From: an uncultured Pelagibacteraceae bacterium
Lineage (GTDB): Bacteria; Pseudomonadota; Alphaproteobacteria; Pelagibacterales; Pelagibacteraceae
NCBI GenBank assembly: GCA_902622955.1
Contig: CACNRP010000001.1
Span: 33,543 to 97,542 of the forward strand
DNA length: 64,000 nucleotides
Direction: 5' to 3'
Shown here: positions 29,851 to 39,256 of the stretch, one piece after another
Layout: every line of letters begins with the position of its first letter
How positions within the stretch are numbered: position 1 is the first letter of the stretch
The notes under the pieces: generated by a model
Told to the model about the DNA's origin: nothing
What the model saw: the letters and a program-made list of their open reading frames with translations, nothing else
The model's database searches: none
Program-made: the position numbers and the translations under genes

Positions 29851-30846
29851 ATGGTACAAAATAAATCTAACATTGCTTTACTACTTGGTGATCCAGCAGG
29901 TATAGGCCCAGAGTTAATTTCAAAACTTTTAAAGGATGAAATGACAAAAAAAGCCAACATAGTGATCATTGGTGAAAGGCAAGTATTTGAAAATGGAAAT
30001 AAAATTACTGGTATTTCCCATGATGTAGACATAGTTGAAAGTTTTGATGAAATAGATTTCAAAAAATCAAATAGATTTTTGCTAGATATTTCTAAAGGAA
30101 AAAATCATAAATATGTATTAGCAGAACCATCAAAAGAATCTGGTGAAAGTGTATTGGAAGCATTAGATTTAGCATTAACTCTTGCTAAAGAAAAAAAAAT
30201 AGATGCAATTAATTTTGCACCGATGAACAAAACAAGTTTAAAACTTGGGGGAAACAAACATTCAGACGAATTACAATTAATGGCTGAAAAACTTGAAGTA
30301 AATAGTTTTTGTTGTGAGTTTAATGTAATTGATAATTTTTGGACAGCGAGAGTAACCTCACATATTCCAATAAAAGAGGTGGCTCAACACATAACTAAAG
30401 AAAATATTATGAAGCCAATAAAATTAATCAATGAAGTTATGGAGTTAAATGGTGTAAAAAATCCTCGAATTGCTATTCAAGCACTTAATCCACACGCAGA
30501 GTTTGGTACAGAAGAAAAAGATGAAATTATTCCTGCAATTGAGGAAGCAAAAAAACTTGGCTACAATGTTGATGGTCCATTGCCATGCGATACATCTTTT
30601 GTAGTAGCTTACAAAAATAAAAATCATGATTGTATGGTAGGGATGTATCATGATGCATTGCAATCAGGTCTAAAAGCATTTGGTTTTGATAGAGGGGTAA
30701 CAGTTCAAGGTGGTTTAACTGTGCCTGTTACTACTACTGCACATGGATCAGCATTTGCTATTGCAGGAAAAAATGAAGCTAATTTAGATCCAATTTTAAA
30801 TTCTTTTAAAATTGCATTATCAATGGCTGAAAATAAAAAGAATTAA
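29851..30846 (+). CDS. PdxA-family oxidative decarboxylase (divergent; probably catabolic)
   Basis: GDPAGIGPE, APMNK, TSHIP, LNPHA, GPLPCD, MYHD, HGSAFAIAG. Confidence 0.85.
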   Translation: MVQNKSNIALLLGDPAGIGPELISKLLKDEMTKKANIVIIGERQVFENGNKITGISHDVDIVESFDEIDFKKSNRFLLDISKGKNHKYVLAEPSKESGESVLEALDLALTLAKEKKIDAINFAPMNKTSLKLGGNKHSDELQLMAEKLEVNSFCCEFNVIDNFWTARVTSHIPIKEVAQHITKENIMKPIKLINEVMELNGVKNPRIAIQALNPHAEFGTEEKDEIIPAIEEAKKLGYNVDGPLPCDTSFVVAYKNKNHDCMVGMYHDALQSGLKAFGFDRGVTVQGGLTVPVTTTAHGSAFAIAGKNEANLDPILNSFKIALSMAENKKN

Positions 30847-31760
30847 ACTACATTATCTGTTAGTTCTTTTGCAAAAGGCATAGAAGAAGCAGCACCTAAT
30901 CTTGTCGTTGAAATACCTGCAACTTTATTTGCGAATGTTAAGGCTTCTTTTATATCTAGATCATTTGCTAAACCGACAGCAAAAGCTCCATTAAATGCGT
31001 CTCCTGCTCCTGTTGTATCAATAACAGCTTGTTTTAGATTATATGCTTCTAAGAAAAAGTTTTCTTTAGTATTTGCAAAATATATGCCTTTATCTCCAAG
31101 GGTAATAATAACATTTTTAATACCTTTTTTTAAAAATTCACTAGCTGCATTTTTTATATCTGTATCTGTTTTTATATTTTTATTTAAATAAAATTCAGCT
31201 TCTGTTTCATTAGGTGTAAAAAAATCTATTAATTTAAAATTATCCTCAGCGATTTTACGTGCTGGGGCAGGATTTAAAATAGTTATACATTTATGTTCTT
31301 TTGCTTTTTTTAATGCGTAGATAGTAATTTCATCAGGAGTTTCCATTTGTGTCAAAAATATTTCTGAATTTTTAATTGTTTCAATTTTTTTATCTATATC
31401 TTCAGCAACTAGATTTTCAGCCGCTCCAGAAACAACATTGATTGCATTGTTTCCATCTTTATCGATCATGATACCAGCAACTCCTGTAAAAAGTTTTTCA
31501 TCCTGAATAATTGAATGAGTTTTTACTCCAGCTTCCTTATAAAGATTAAATGCCATTTCAGAATGGCTATCTTTTCCAACTTTAGTAATGAAACTAACAT
31601 CACCATTTAGTCTTGCAGCTGCAATTGCTTGATTTGATCCTTTTCCACCAGGACCAACTAAATGTTTTTTTCCTAAAATTGTTTGACCTTTGCTAGGAAT
31701 TTTATCTCCAATAAAACATAAATCTGCTACGAAAACTCCTAATATTGAAATCGATTTCAT
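30843..31760 (-). CDS. rbsK: Ribokinase (PfkB family)
   Basis: GGKGSNQAIAAARL, ILNPAPA, TPNETEA, DTTGAGDAF. Confidence 0.88.
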   Translation of the reverse strand: MKSISILGVFVADLCFIGDKIPSKGQTILGKKHLVGPGGKGSNQAIAAARLNGDVSFITKVGKDSHSEMAFNLYKEAGVKTHSIIQDEKLFTGVAGIMIDKDGNNAINVVSGAAENLVAEDIDKKIETIKNSEIFLTQMETPDEITIYALKKAKEHKCITILNPAPARKIAEDNFKLIDFFTPNETEAEFYLNKNIKTDTDIKNAASEFLKKGIKNVIITLGDKGIYFANTKENFFLEAYNLKQAVIDTTGAGDAFNGAFAVGLANDLDIKEALTFANKVAGISTTRLGAASSMPFAKELTDNVV

Positions 31761-31770
31761 TAATTAAATT

Positions 31771-32232
31771 TTATGACCAAACATTACCGTCTGGTAAAAT
31801 TACACCTTTGGTTAAAACGAAGCATCCAAAAGGTCTGGCATCTGTAGTTGTAACAATACAGTATGCTTTTTTTGCTTCTTTATAAAAATTTTGTCTCGAT
31901 ATCGAACCAACTTTCCAATTTTCTCCAGATACATTTTTAACTACATTTATAAATTCTTTATGTGTCTCAGTTAGTTCATCTGGCTTATCATCTACTTCCA
32001 TTCTCAAAGCAGGAGATCCACCTTTTGAAACAATAAAACTATCAAGAGGAAAAACTGAGAGGATTGCAGAGGCTGCTTCTTTAATCCCAACTCCATCTAA
32101 TCTTATTACTTTATCATTGGAGGTATTAGCGGGAAAATTTGCATCTGCTAAAATTAATTTTTCTCCATGACCCATGGATCTTAAATGAAATAATAATTCA
32201 GGGCTTAAAACTGGATTAATATTTATTAACAT
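31771..32232 (-). CDS. RbsD/FucU family sugar mutarotase
   Basis: LSPELL, MGHGE, ADANFP, RQNFY, TKGV. Confidence 0.9.
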   Translation of the reverse strand: MLININPVLSPELLFHLRSMGHGEKLILADANFPANTSNDKVIRLDGVGIKEAASAILSVFPLDSFIVSKGGSPALRMEVDDKPDELTETHKEFINVVKNVSGENWKVGSISRQNFYKEAKKAYCIVTTTDARPFGCFVLTKGVILPDGNVWS

Positions 32233-32250
32233 CAGATTATTATATTACAT

Positions 32251-32285
32251 AAAAAAAAAGGGTGGAATTAATTTCCACCCTTTTT
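32251..32285. terminator. Intrinsic terminator after the CUT2 SBP gene
   Basis: A9-GGGTGGAA-ttaat-TTCCACCC-T5. Confidence 0.8.
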
Positions 32286-32304
32286 AATTTAATTGAAATA
32301 ACGA

Positions 32305-33228
32305 TTATTTAAACTCGTTAGCGTTTTCTTTTGTTACTAATTGCGTTCCAGTATCAATATTTGGATCAATACTTCCACCATTAGCTAACTCTAGAGCATA
32401 TTTAACTCCATACGCACCCATATTATAAGAAAACTGTGCAATAGTTGCAGTCATCTCTCCTTTTAAGATGCTTGTTGCTGCATCTGGAGTAGCATCAAAA
32501 CCTACAACAATAACATTGTTCATGTCAGCATCTTTAAGAGCTTGCATAGCCCCTAAACCCATGTTGTCATTAGAAGCAAAAATTGCTTTTATGTTTGGAT
32601 TTTTCAATATAATTGACTCTGTTACAGATCTACCTTTTGCAGTATCCCACTCAGCAGTTTGAGTTGCTACAATATTTAATCCACAATTTTTGAATCCTTT
32701 TATTGCACCATCTCTTCTAAGTAAAGCAGTAGATTGTGACTCGATACCAGTTAAAATTGCTACATCAGATCCTTTTGCTGTTTTATCGCAAATGAACTTG
32801 GCTGCTAATTCTGCACCATTCATATTATTTGTACCAATAAAAGTTACACCTTCATTGATTCCTTTTGTATCAACAAATACAACTGGAACTCCACTTTTGA
32901 TTGCGTCATCTACTATTGGAGCAAAAGCGTTTGGATCTCCTGGAGCCAATGCTATTGCATCAACACCTTTTGCAAGTTGATCCTCTACTTGGTTAATCTG
33001 AGCTTGAACATCACCTTCTTGTGGTGGTGCTACTAATACAAGATCAACACCTAATTTTGCTGCTTCTTCTTTAGCTCCTTTTTCTACAGATGCCCAAAAA
33101 GGATTACCTGATCCAGGTCCTTTAATGCTGAATAATATTTTTTTTCCAGCAAATGCCCCTGTTGAAAAACTTGCTAATAGAAAAACAGAAGTAATAATAA
33201 CACTAATAATTTTTGTTAAGTTCTTCAT
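32305..33228 (-). CDS. CUT2 sugar/polyol ABC substrate-binding protein (RbsB-like; possibly inositol)
   Basis: NPFW, IGTNN, ASNDNMGLGA, VVGFDA, IDTG; signal peptide. Confidence 0.9.
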   Translation of the reverse strand: MKNLTKIISVIITSVFLLASFSTGAFAGKKILFSIKGPGSGNPFWASVEKGAKEEAAKLGVDLVLVAPPQEGDVQAQINQVEDQLAKGVDAIALAPGDPNAFAPIVDDAIKSGVPVVFVDTKGINEGVTFIGTNNMNGAELAAKFICDKTAKGSDVAILTGIESQSTALLRRDGAIKGFKNCGLNIVATQTAEWDTAKGRSVTESIILKNPNIKAIFASNDNMGLGAMQALKDADMNNVIVVGFDATPDAATSILKGEMTATIAQFSYNMGAYGVKYALELANGGSIDPNIDTGTQLVTKENANEFK

Positions 33229-33343
33229 TTAATTTCCCCTTAGTTGTTTTTAAAAAATTAAATTAAAACTAAATTTTTGTGGGAATTCAACTGTTAATAA
33301 GAGCAATTCTAATAAGTTTTAGACAACTGAGACGTGTATTTTA

Positions 33344-34351
33344 TTATTTTCGAGTTCCTAAATCTCTTCTTAAGACATCAATGTAAACAGCCAGTACTAT
33401 TATTGAACCAATTAAAACCTGTTGCCAAAAAGAACTTACATCCATTAGGTTCAATCCGTTTCTTAAAATACCCATAATCATTACTCCTGCAAAAACACCA
33501 AGCACGGTTCCTCTTCCACCAAAGAAACTTGCTCCTCCTATTATGCAAGCTGCGATAGCGTCTAACTCTGACTGAAGTCCAGCATTTGGATATCCGGAGT
33601 CAGTTCTACCAGCCAAAATTAGTGCACCTATTCCGGATAAAAAACCACATAAAGAATAAACAATTACTAAAATTTTATTTACATTAATACCAGATGCTCT
33701 TGCTGCGTTTGGATTTCCTCCTATTGCATAAATCCATTTACCTGTTTTACTATGATTTAGAAAAATCCAAAAAATTATATAAACTATTGCAATTAAAACC
33801 AAGCTCACAGGTAAATATTGTGATTTTTCTAGACCTAACCATTGTAGATCAATTCTACCATGACCTAAATATCTTACTTCATCTGTAAATCCGCTAATGG
33901 GTGTTCCACCCGAGATTAAATTACCCGCACCTCTAAAAATATAGAGTGTTCCAAGTGTCATAATAAATGGATGTGGCATCCGCAATAAGGTTATTCCCAA
34001 TCCATTAAATAACCCACATAAAAAGCCAGCGATTAACGGTGTCATCACAACTATAAACCACGGGGCCCCTGCTTTAGCAACAACGGCTAAAATCATAAGT
34101 GATAACATCATTATAGATCCAACAGATAAATCTATTCCAGCAGTAACAATTACCATAAACACACCTAATGCTAACATTGATTGCCATGAAATTTGTTTAA
34201 AAACGTTGGTCACATTACGCCAAGATAAAAATACATCTGGTTGCAAGATATGCATTACCAATATCATTAATACTAACAAAAGAAGAATTCCATATTTCTC
34301 AAAATAGGGAATTAATTTCAAATGTAGACTTTCTTTATTTTTATCTTCCAT
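33344..34351 (-). CDS. CUT2 ABC permease (RbsC-like)
   Basis: GIDLSVGS, PFIMTLG, YAIGGNPNAARASGI, ELDAIAACIIGGAS. Confidence 0.93.
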   Translation of the reverse strand: MEDKNKESLHLKLIPYFEKYGILLLLVLMILVMHILQPDVFLSWRNVTNVFKQISWQSMLALGVFMVIVTAGIDLSVGSIMMLSLMILAVVAKAGAPWFIVVMTPLIAGFLCGLFNGLGITLLRMPHPFIMTLGTLYIFRGAGNLISGGTPISGFTDEVRYLGHGRIDLQWLGLEKSQYLPVSLVLIAIVYIIFWIFLNHSKTGKWIYAIGGNPNAARASGINVNKILVIVYSLCGFLSGIGALILAGRTDSGYPNAGLQSELDAIAACIIGGASFFGGRGTVLGVFAGVMIMGILRNGLNLMDVSSFWQQVLIGSIIVLAVYIDVLRRDLGTRK

Positions 34352-34353
34352 AA

Positions 34354-35103
34354 TTATTTTTTACCCATTATCCAACCAATAACCTCATCTCTAGTTGTGC
34401 TTTTGAGTTCAGCTTCTGCAAAATTAGTCCCTTGAAATAAAGCCATAACTCTATCACAAACTGTGAATATATCATCCATCCTATGACTAATTACAATAAC
34501 TCCTACACCAGTTTTTTTTAAACCATTAATTAAATCTAATACTTTTCCAACTTCTTTAATTGCTAATGCTGCTGTAGGCTCATCCATAATAACTACTTTT
34601 GCATTAAATGCTGTAGATCTTGCAATAGCAACCGCTTGTCTTTGTCCACCAGATAGTTCTTCTACTTTTTGATCAGCACTTTTTACATTTATTTTTAACT
34701 TATCTAAGTGAGCATTTGTAAGTTCTTTTATTTTTTTAAAATCTAAGAATTTTAAAAATCCTAAATTTTTAGTTGGCTCTCTTCCAAGAAATATATTTTC
34801 TCCTATAGGTAAATTACCTGCTAGAGCAAGATCTTGATAAACCATTTCTAGACCTAATATCTGTGAGTCTCTAGGGCTATTTAGAACTTGTTCTTTTCCT
34901 TGAAAGTGTAATGATCCAGAGCTAGGTTTATAAAGCCCTGATAAAACTTTCATCAATGTAGATTTTCCAGCACCGTTGTCACCAACTACGCCTAAACATT
35001 CACCAGCGTGCACTTTTAGATTTACGTTTTCAAGGGCTGTTATTGTTCCAAAATATTTTGTTATCCCTTTTGCTTCTAGAAGGAGTTCATTGGATGTTGA
35101 CAT
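34354..35103 (-). CDS. Single-domain CUT2 ABC ATP-binding protein
   Basis: GDNGAGKST, VYQDLAL, LSGGQRQ, MDEPTAAL. Confidence 0.93.
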   Translation of the reverse strand: MSTSNELLLEAKGITKYFGTITALENVNLKVHAGECLGVVGDNGAGKSTLMKVLSGLYKPSSGSLHFQGKEQVLNSPRDSQILGLEMVYQDLALAGNLPIGENIFLGREPTKNLGFLKFLDFKKIKELTNAHLDKLKINVKSADQKVEELSGGQRQAVAIARSTAFNAKVVIMDEPTAALAIKEVGKVLDLINGLKKTGVGVIVISHRMDDIFTVCDRVMALFQGTNFAEAELKSTTRDEVIGWIMGKK

Positions 35104-35125
35104 AAGTTAAGAAATTATAAAAATA

Positions 35126-36148
35126 TCAATTAATTGCAACAGGTTTTGATGCTAATAAACCTACAGTTTTGCTTTGAGCCTTTTTACAAAATTTAGGTTG
35201 TAAATTTTTTGACATTAAGGCCATGTCTTTTAAAACAATATTTCCCATATCAAAAAAGGCTTTTTCTAAAGCTCCTGCTCTGTGTGCTGAAAATAATATA
35301 TTTTTTACTTTTCTTATTGGGTCATTTTTTCTCACAGGTTCTTCTGGAAAAACGTCAGTTGCTACAAAAATATCACCTTTTTTAACTCTTTTTATTAAAT
35401 CTTTAAAATTAACTACTGCAGCTCTACTCATTAGAATGAATAATGAATTTGATTTCATTTTATTTAATAACTTTTTATCAATTAGATTTTTATTCTTTGT
35501 AGTTACAGCAGCTAAAATATAAATAATTTCACAAGTCTTAAACATTTGATTTAAATTTATTGGCTTAAAGCCAAAACTTTGAATTTTATGATTAGATATC
35601 CATGGATCATAAACGTTGATATCTCTAGTAAATGGCAATAATAAAGGGGTTAGGGATCTTGCTAGATCTCCAAAACCCAATAATCCAATTTTTTTATTTG
35701 ATAACAAAGATGAATTTAAATTACCTTCCAATCCATATTTTTCTTTTTTATTTATAAAGTCATTATGAGCACTGTGAATGTTTCTTAATAAAGATAACGT
35801 CATACCTAAAGCTAATTCAGCAACCGGCACTGAAAAAACTGGGGATGTTGCAATTACGTGTATTTTGTTTTTGAAACAATAATCATAATCCATGTTGTTC
35901 ATAAAATTACTTTCAACATTAATGATGGCTTTTAATTTCTTCGCCTTAGATAATATTTTTTTGTCTAAGTCTGGTTGCCCCATAATAAAAGTTGCTGAGG
36001 AAATATTTTTCTCATAAAATTTTTTTTTATTATTTTTTGGAGCAGTTAAAATTTTATATTTCGATTTTAATTCTCTATACTTACTTTTAGTAAATATTAA
36101 ATCTAAAGTTCTTGGAAATGGATCTGATATTACTATTAATTTTTTCAT
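35126..36148 (-). CDS. D-isomer-specific 2-hydroxyacid dehydrogenase
   Basis: VAELALG, GLLGFGDL, SRAAVV, DVFPEEP, SAHRAG. Confidence 0.85.
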   Translation of the reverse strand: MKKLIVISDPFPRTLDLIFTKSKYRELKSKYKILTAPKNNKKKFYEKNISSATFIMGQPDLDKKILSKAKKLKAIINVESNFMNNMDYDYCFKNKIHVIATSPVFSVPVAELALGMTLSLLRNIHSAHNDFINKKEKYGLEGNLNSSLLSNKKIGLLGFGDLARSLTPLLLPFTRDINVYDPWISNHKIQSFGFKPINLNQMFKTCEIIYILAAVTTKNKNLIDKKLLNKMKSNSLFILMSRAAVVNFKDLIKRVKKGDIFVATDVFPEEPVRKNDPIRKVKNILFSAHRAGALEKAFFDMGNIVLKDMALMSKNLQPKFCKKAQSKTVGLLASKPVAIN

Positions 36149-36157
36149 AAAAATTAC

Positions 36158-37315
36158 TTAATAAAGTATTTGTTTTATATCAGAAATTTTAAAACTTTTT
36201 GGTTTTTTACATCTTGTTTTTATAAGTTTTACTTTTCCAGATTTACATGCCTGCATAATTGATTGTATTATATCTAGTACATGAAGTGATAACTCACCAT
36301 TACACATATTATTTTTTTTATTAAGCATAGAGAGAGCCATCTCAGATAATCCTGCACCTCTATAATTTGCATTTGTTGGACTTTCGTTTGCTCTTGAGCT
36401 TTGTGATCTTATGTTAATCTTTCCTAAAGGTAGTTTGTTAGTTTTATATTCTTTCCAAGGTTTGCCTAAATTTTTACATACAAAAACAGAACCTCCAAAC
36501 ATGTTTGGATCTGGAACTATCATAGATCCTTTATCTCCATAAAGCTCAATATGATTATTTTGATGTGCAATGACATCAAATGAAAGAGTTAGATGAATAA
36601 CTGATCCATTATGAAAAGTTATTGTGGATAAATATGAAGTTGGGCACTTTACTTTAAATTTTTTATTCTTTTTTGGACCAATTCCAATAGTTCTTGTTTT
36701 TTTTCCATCAACTATACTGCCAGAAACTTTTTTTGCTGGTCCTAATAAATTTACTAGTGCAGTTAAGTAATAAGGCCCCATATCTATAACTGGGCCGCCT
36801 TCCTTATTGGCAAACCAGGGCTCTGGGTTTGGATGATACGATTGTACTCCAGGAAAAGCAAAAACTGCATTTCCCAAAACTACTTTACCAATAATTTTTT
36901 TTTCTAATAACTCTTTAGATTTTTGTATTCCAGCTCCCAAAAAAGTGTCAGGTGCATTACCAAGATAAAGATTATTTTTTTTTGCTAAATTTATTAATTC
37001 TTTTCCATCTTTGAAGCTTATTGCTAATGGTTTTTCTGAGTAAACATGTTTACCATTTAACAAAGATTGTTTGGCAACTTTGTAATGTGCTTTTGGAATA
37101 GTTAGATTAAGTATTATTTCTATTTCTTTATCTTTTAATAATTTCTGGACTGTTAATGCTTTAATCTTATAAATTTTTGCACATTTTAATGCACTCTTAT
37201 GATTTATATCTGCACATTTTATAATTTTAATATTATTAAAATATTTTTCAGCTCGAAAATATGTTTCAGATATATGTCCACATCCTATTAAGCCAACTTT
37301 AAAAACTTTAGTCAT
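36158..37315 (-). CDS. Gfo/Idh/MocA family oxidoreductase
   Basis: IGCGHIS, GKHVYSEKP, APDTFLG, DMGPYY. Confidence 0.9.
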   Translation of the reverse strand: MTKVFKVGLIGCGHISETYFRAEKYFNNIKIIKCADINHKSALKCAKIYKIKALTVQKLLKDKEIEIILNLTIPKAHYKVAKQSLLNGKHVYSEKPLAISFKDGKELINLAKKNNLYLGNAPDTFLGAGIQKSKELLEKKIIGKVVLGNAVFAFPGVQSYHPNPEPWFANKEGGPVIDMGPYYLTALVNLLGPAKKVSGSIVDGKKTRTIGIGPKKNKKFKVKCPTSYLSTITFHNGSVIHLTLSFDVIAHQNNHIELYGDKGSMIVPDPNMFGGSVFVCKNLGKPWKEYKTNKLPLGKINIRSQSSRANESPTNANYRGAGLSEMALSMLNKKNNMCNGELSLHVLDIIQSIMQACKSGKVKLIKTRCKKPKSFKISDIKQILY

Positions 37316-37320
37316 GGGAA

Positions 37321-39165
37321 TTAAACACCCTGTCTTTGTTTATTTTTTCCCTCTTTATATAATTTTAAAGCTTCTTTATTTTCCTCTGTGATTGGGTTTT
37401 CTAAAGTTGGGCTATCCCAGAAAGCAGATCCTTCAATCCATTTGTAAGCATGAGTTTTGATTGAGATAACGTAAGTAACATCTGATTTTTTTGCCCTTTT
37501 AAATGCTTCTTCAAGTTCGGAAATAGAATTTACATGTTCTGATTTAGCGCCCATACTTTCAGCATGTTTAGCAAAATCAACATCAACCAAACCTGGTGTT
37601 TTAGAGCTTTTCAATAAATTATTATATTCCTTTCCGCCCTTGAACAATTGAAGACGGTTAATTACTGCAAAACCTCCATTATCACAAATAATTATAATTA
37701 ATTTATTTTTAGTGATTACTGATGAGTATATATCTGTATTATTCAACAAATAAGAACCATCACCCACAAAAGAAATTACATCTTTTTCAGGATTTGCCAT
37801 TTTAATACCAAGAGCACCTGAAATTTCATAGCTCATACAACTAAACCCCCACTCTGTTTCATGAGTATTAAGTTCTCTTGGTCTCCATACCTGCGCAACT
37901 TCTCCGACTAAACCTCCTGCTGCCGTAACAGCAATATCTGTTGGATCTGAATTTCTATAAATTGCACCAACTGCTTGAACATAACTTGGGATTTCCTGGT
38001 TTGTTGGGGCGCTCTCTTTATCTATATGCTTATTCCAATCCTGTAATTCTTTTTGAGATTTATTATTCCATTCATCTTCTGCTTTCCAATTTCCAAGTGC
38101 CAAAGAAAGTTCGTCTAAAGAAACTTTGGCATCCCCTACAACTGCTTGAGCTAAATGTTTATTTGCATCAAATCTAGAAACATTGATTGAAACCAGTTTA
38201 AAATTTTCGTTTTCAAAATTTGCCCAAGAGCCTGTAGTAAAATCTGCTAATTTTGTTCCTACAGCTATTGCAAGATCAGTTTCTTTTGCAAGATTGTTTG
38301 TATTTTTTCCTCCTAACCCTCCTATTTGGCCCGCATAATGTGAATGATCCTTTTTGATTGTAGAATAACCCATTACAGTTTGTGTGACTGGTATATTATG
38401 TTTGATTGCAAATTTACTTAAATTTTCCATGGCATCAGAGTAAAAAACTCCTCCACCAGAAATTATAATTGGTTTTTTTGAATTTTTAATTTTTTCTGCT
38501 GCTTCTTTTATTTGAAAATCATCAGGTCTAGGTCTTCTAATTGTATGAATTCTTTCTTGAAAAAATTCCTTAGGATAATCAAAGACTTGTCCTTGAATAT
38601 CTTGGCTTAAAGCAATACACGCTGGACCACAATCAGCTGGGTCCAACATCATTTGAACTGCAGATGGAAATGATTGTATGATTTGTTCCGGTCTTGTTAT
38701 TCTATCAAAATATCTTGTTACTGGTTTAAATGCATCATTTGCCGTAATTCCTGGATTATTAAAATGTTCTACTTGTTGGAGAACTGGATCTGGCATTCTA
38801 TTTGCATACGTATCACCTGGTAAAAATAAAATTGGCAATCTATTACTCATTGCTACTGCTGCAGCTGTTACCATATTAGTTGCACCTGGTCCTACAGATG
38901 ATGTGGCTACAAAAATTTGTTGCCTTCTCTTTGCCCTAGAATAACCAATTCCTGTCAGAGCCATATTTTGCTCATGGTGTCCTCTGTATGTAGGTAATTC
39001 TTTTTGGTTTTCCTCTAAAGCTTGTCCTAAACAAGCTACATTGCCATGGCCAAAAATTCCAAATACTCCTGGGAACAATGGTTCTTTTTTACCATCTATT
39101 AATATTTTTTGAGCAATTAAATATTTAACAATAGCATGTGCACAGGAAAGTGTAATTTTCTTCAT
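37321..39165 (-). CDS. iolD: 3D-(3,5/4)-trihydroxycyclohexane-1,2-dione hydrolase
   Basis: IFGHGNV, HEQNMA, PDPVLQQVE, GFSCMSYEI, ThDP motif GDGSYL...DNGGFAVINRLQ. Confidence 0.93.
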   Translation of the reverse strand: MKKITLSCAHAIVKYLIAQKILIDGKKEPLFPGVFGIFGHGNVACLGQALEENQKELPTYRGHHEQNMALTGIGYSRAKRRQQIFVATSSVGPGATNMVTAAAVAMSNRLPILFLPGDTYANRMPDPVLQQVEHFNNPGITANDAFKPVTRYFDRITRPEQIIQSFPSAVQMMLDPADCGPACIALSQDIQGQVFDYPKEFFQERIHTIRRPRPDDFQIKEAAEKIKNSKKPIIISGGGVFYSDAMENLSKFAIKHNIPVTQTVMGYSTIKKDHSHYAGQIGGLGGKNTNNLAKETDLAIAVGTKLADFTTGSWANFENENFKLVSINVSRFDANKHLAQAVVGDAKVSLDELSLALGNWKAEDEWNNKSQKELQDWNKHIDKESAPTNQEIPSYVQAVGAIYRNSDPTDIAVTAAGGLVGEVAQVWRPRELNTHETEWGFSCMSYEISGALGIKMANPEKDVISFVGDGSYLLNNTDIYSSVITKNKLIIIICDNGGFAVINRLQLFKGGKEYNNLLKSSKTPGLVDVDFAKHAESMGAKSEHVNSISELEEAFKRAKKSDVTYVISIKTHAYKWIEGSAFWDSPTLENPITEENKEALKLYKEGKNKQRQGV

Positions 39166-39256
39166 CAATTAAGTTTAACTTTGATTGAGTATAATGTTTA
39201 TATATAATTAATTATAAAATAAAAAACCTAATTAAGTAAACTTAAATATAAATTCT

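Noticed and set aside
30843-31760. PfkB kinase called as iolC
   Set aside because: Ribokinase-specific motifs (GGKGSNQA, NPAPA, PNETEA) and an adjacent RbsD/FucU gene; kept only as an alternative hypothesis
33229-33343. 115-bp spacer between the CUT2 permease and SBP as a possible ncRNA
   Set aside because: No recognisable aptamer motif or strong stem; more likely a promoter/leader for the SBP
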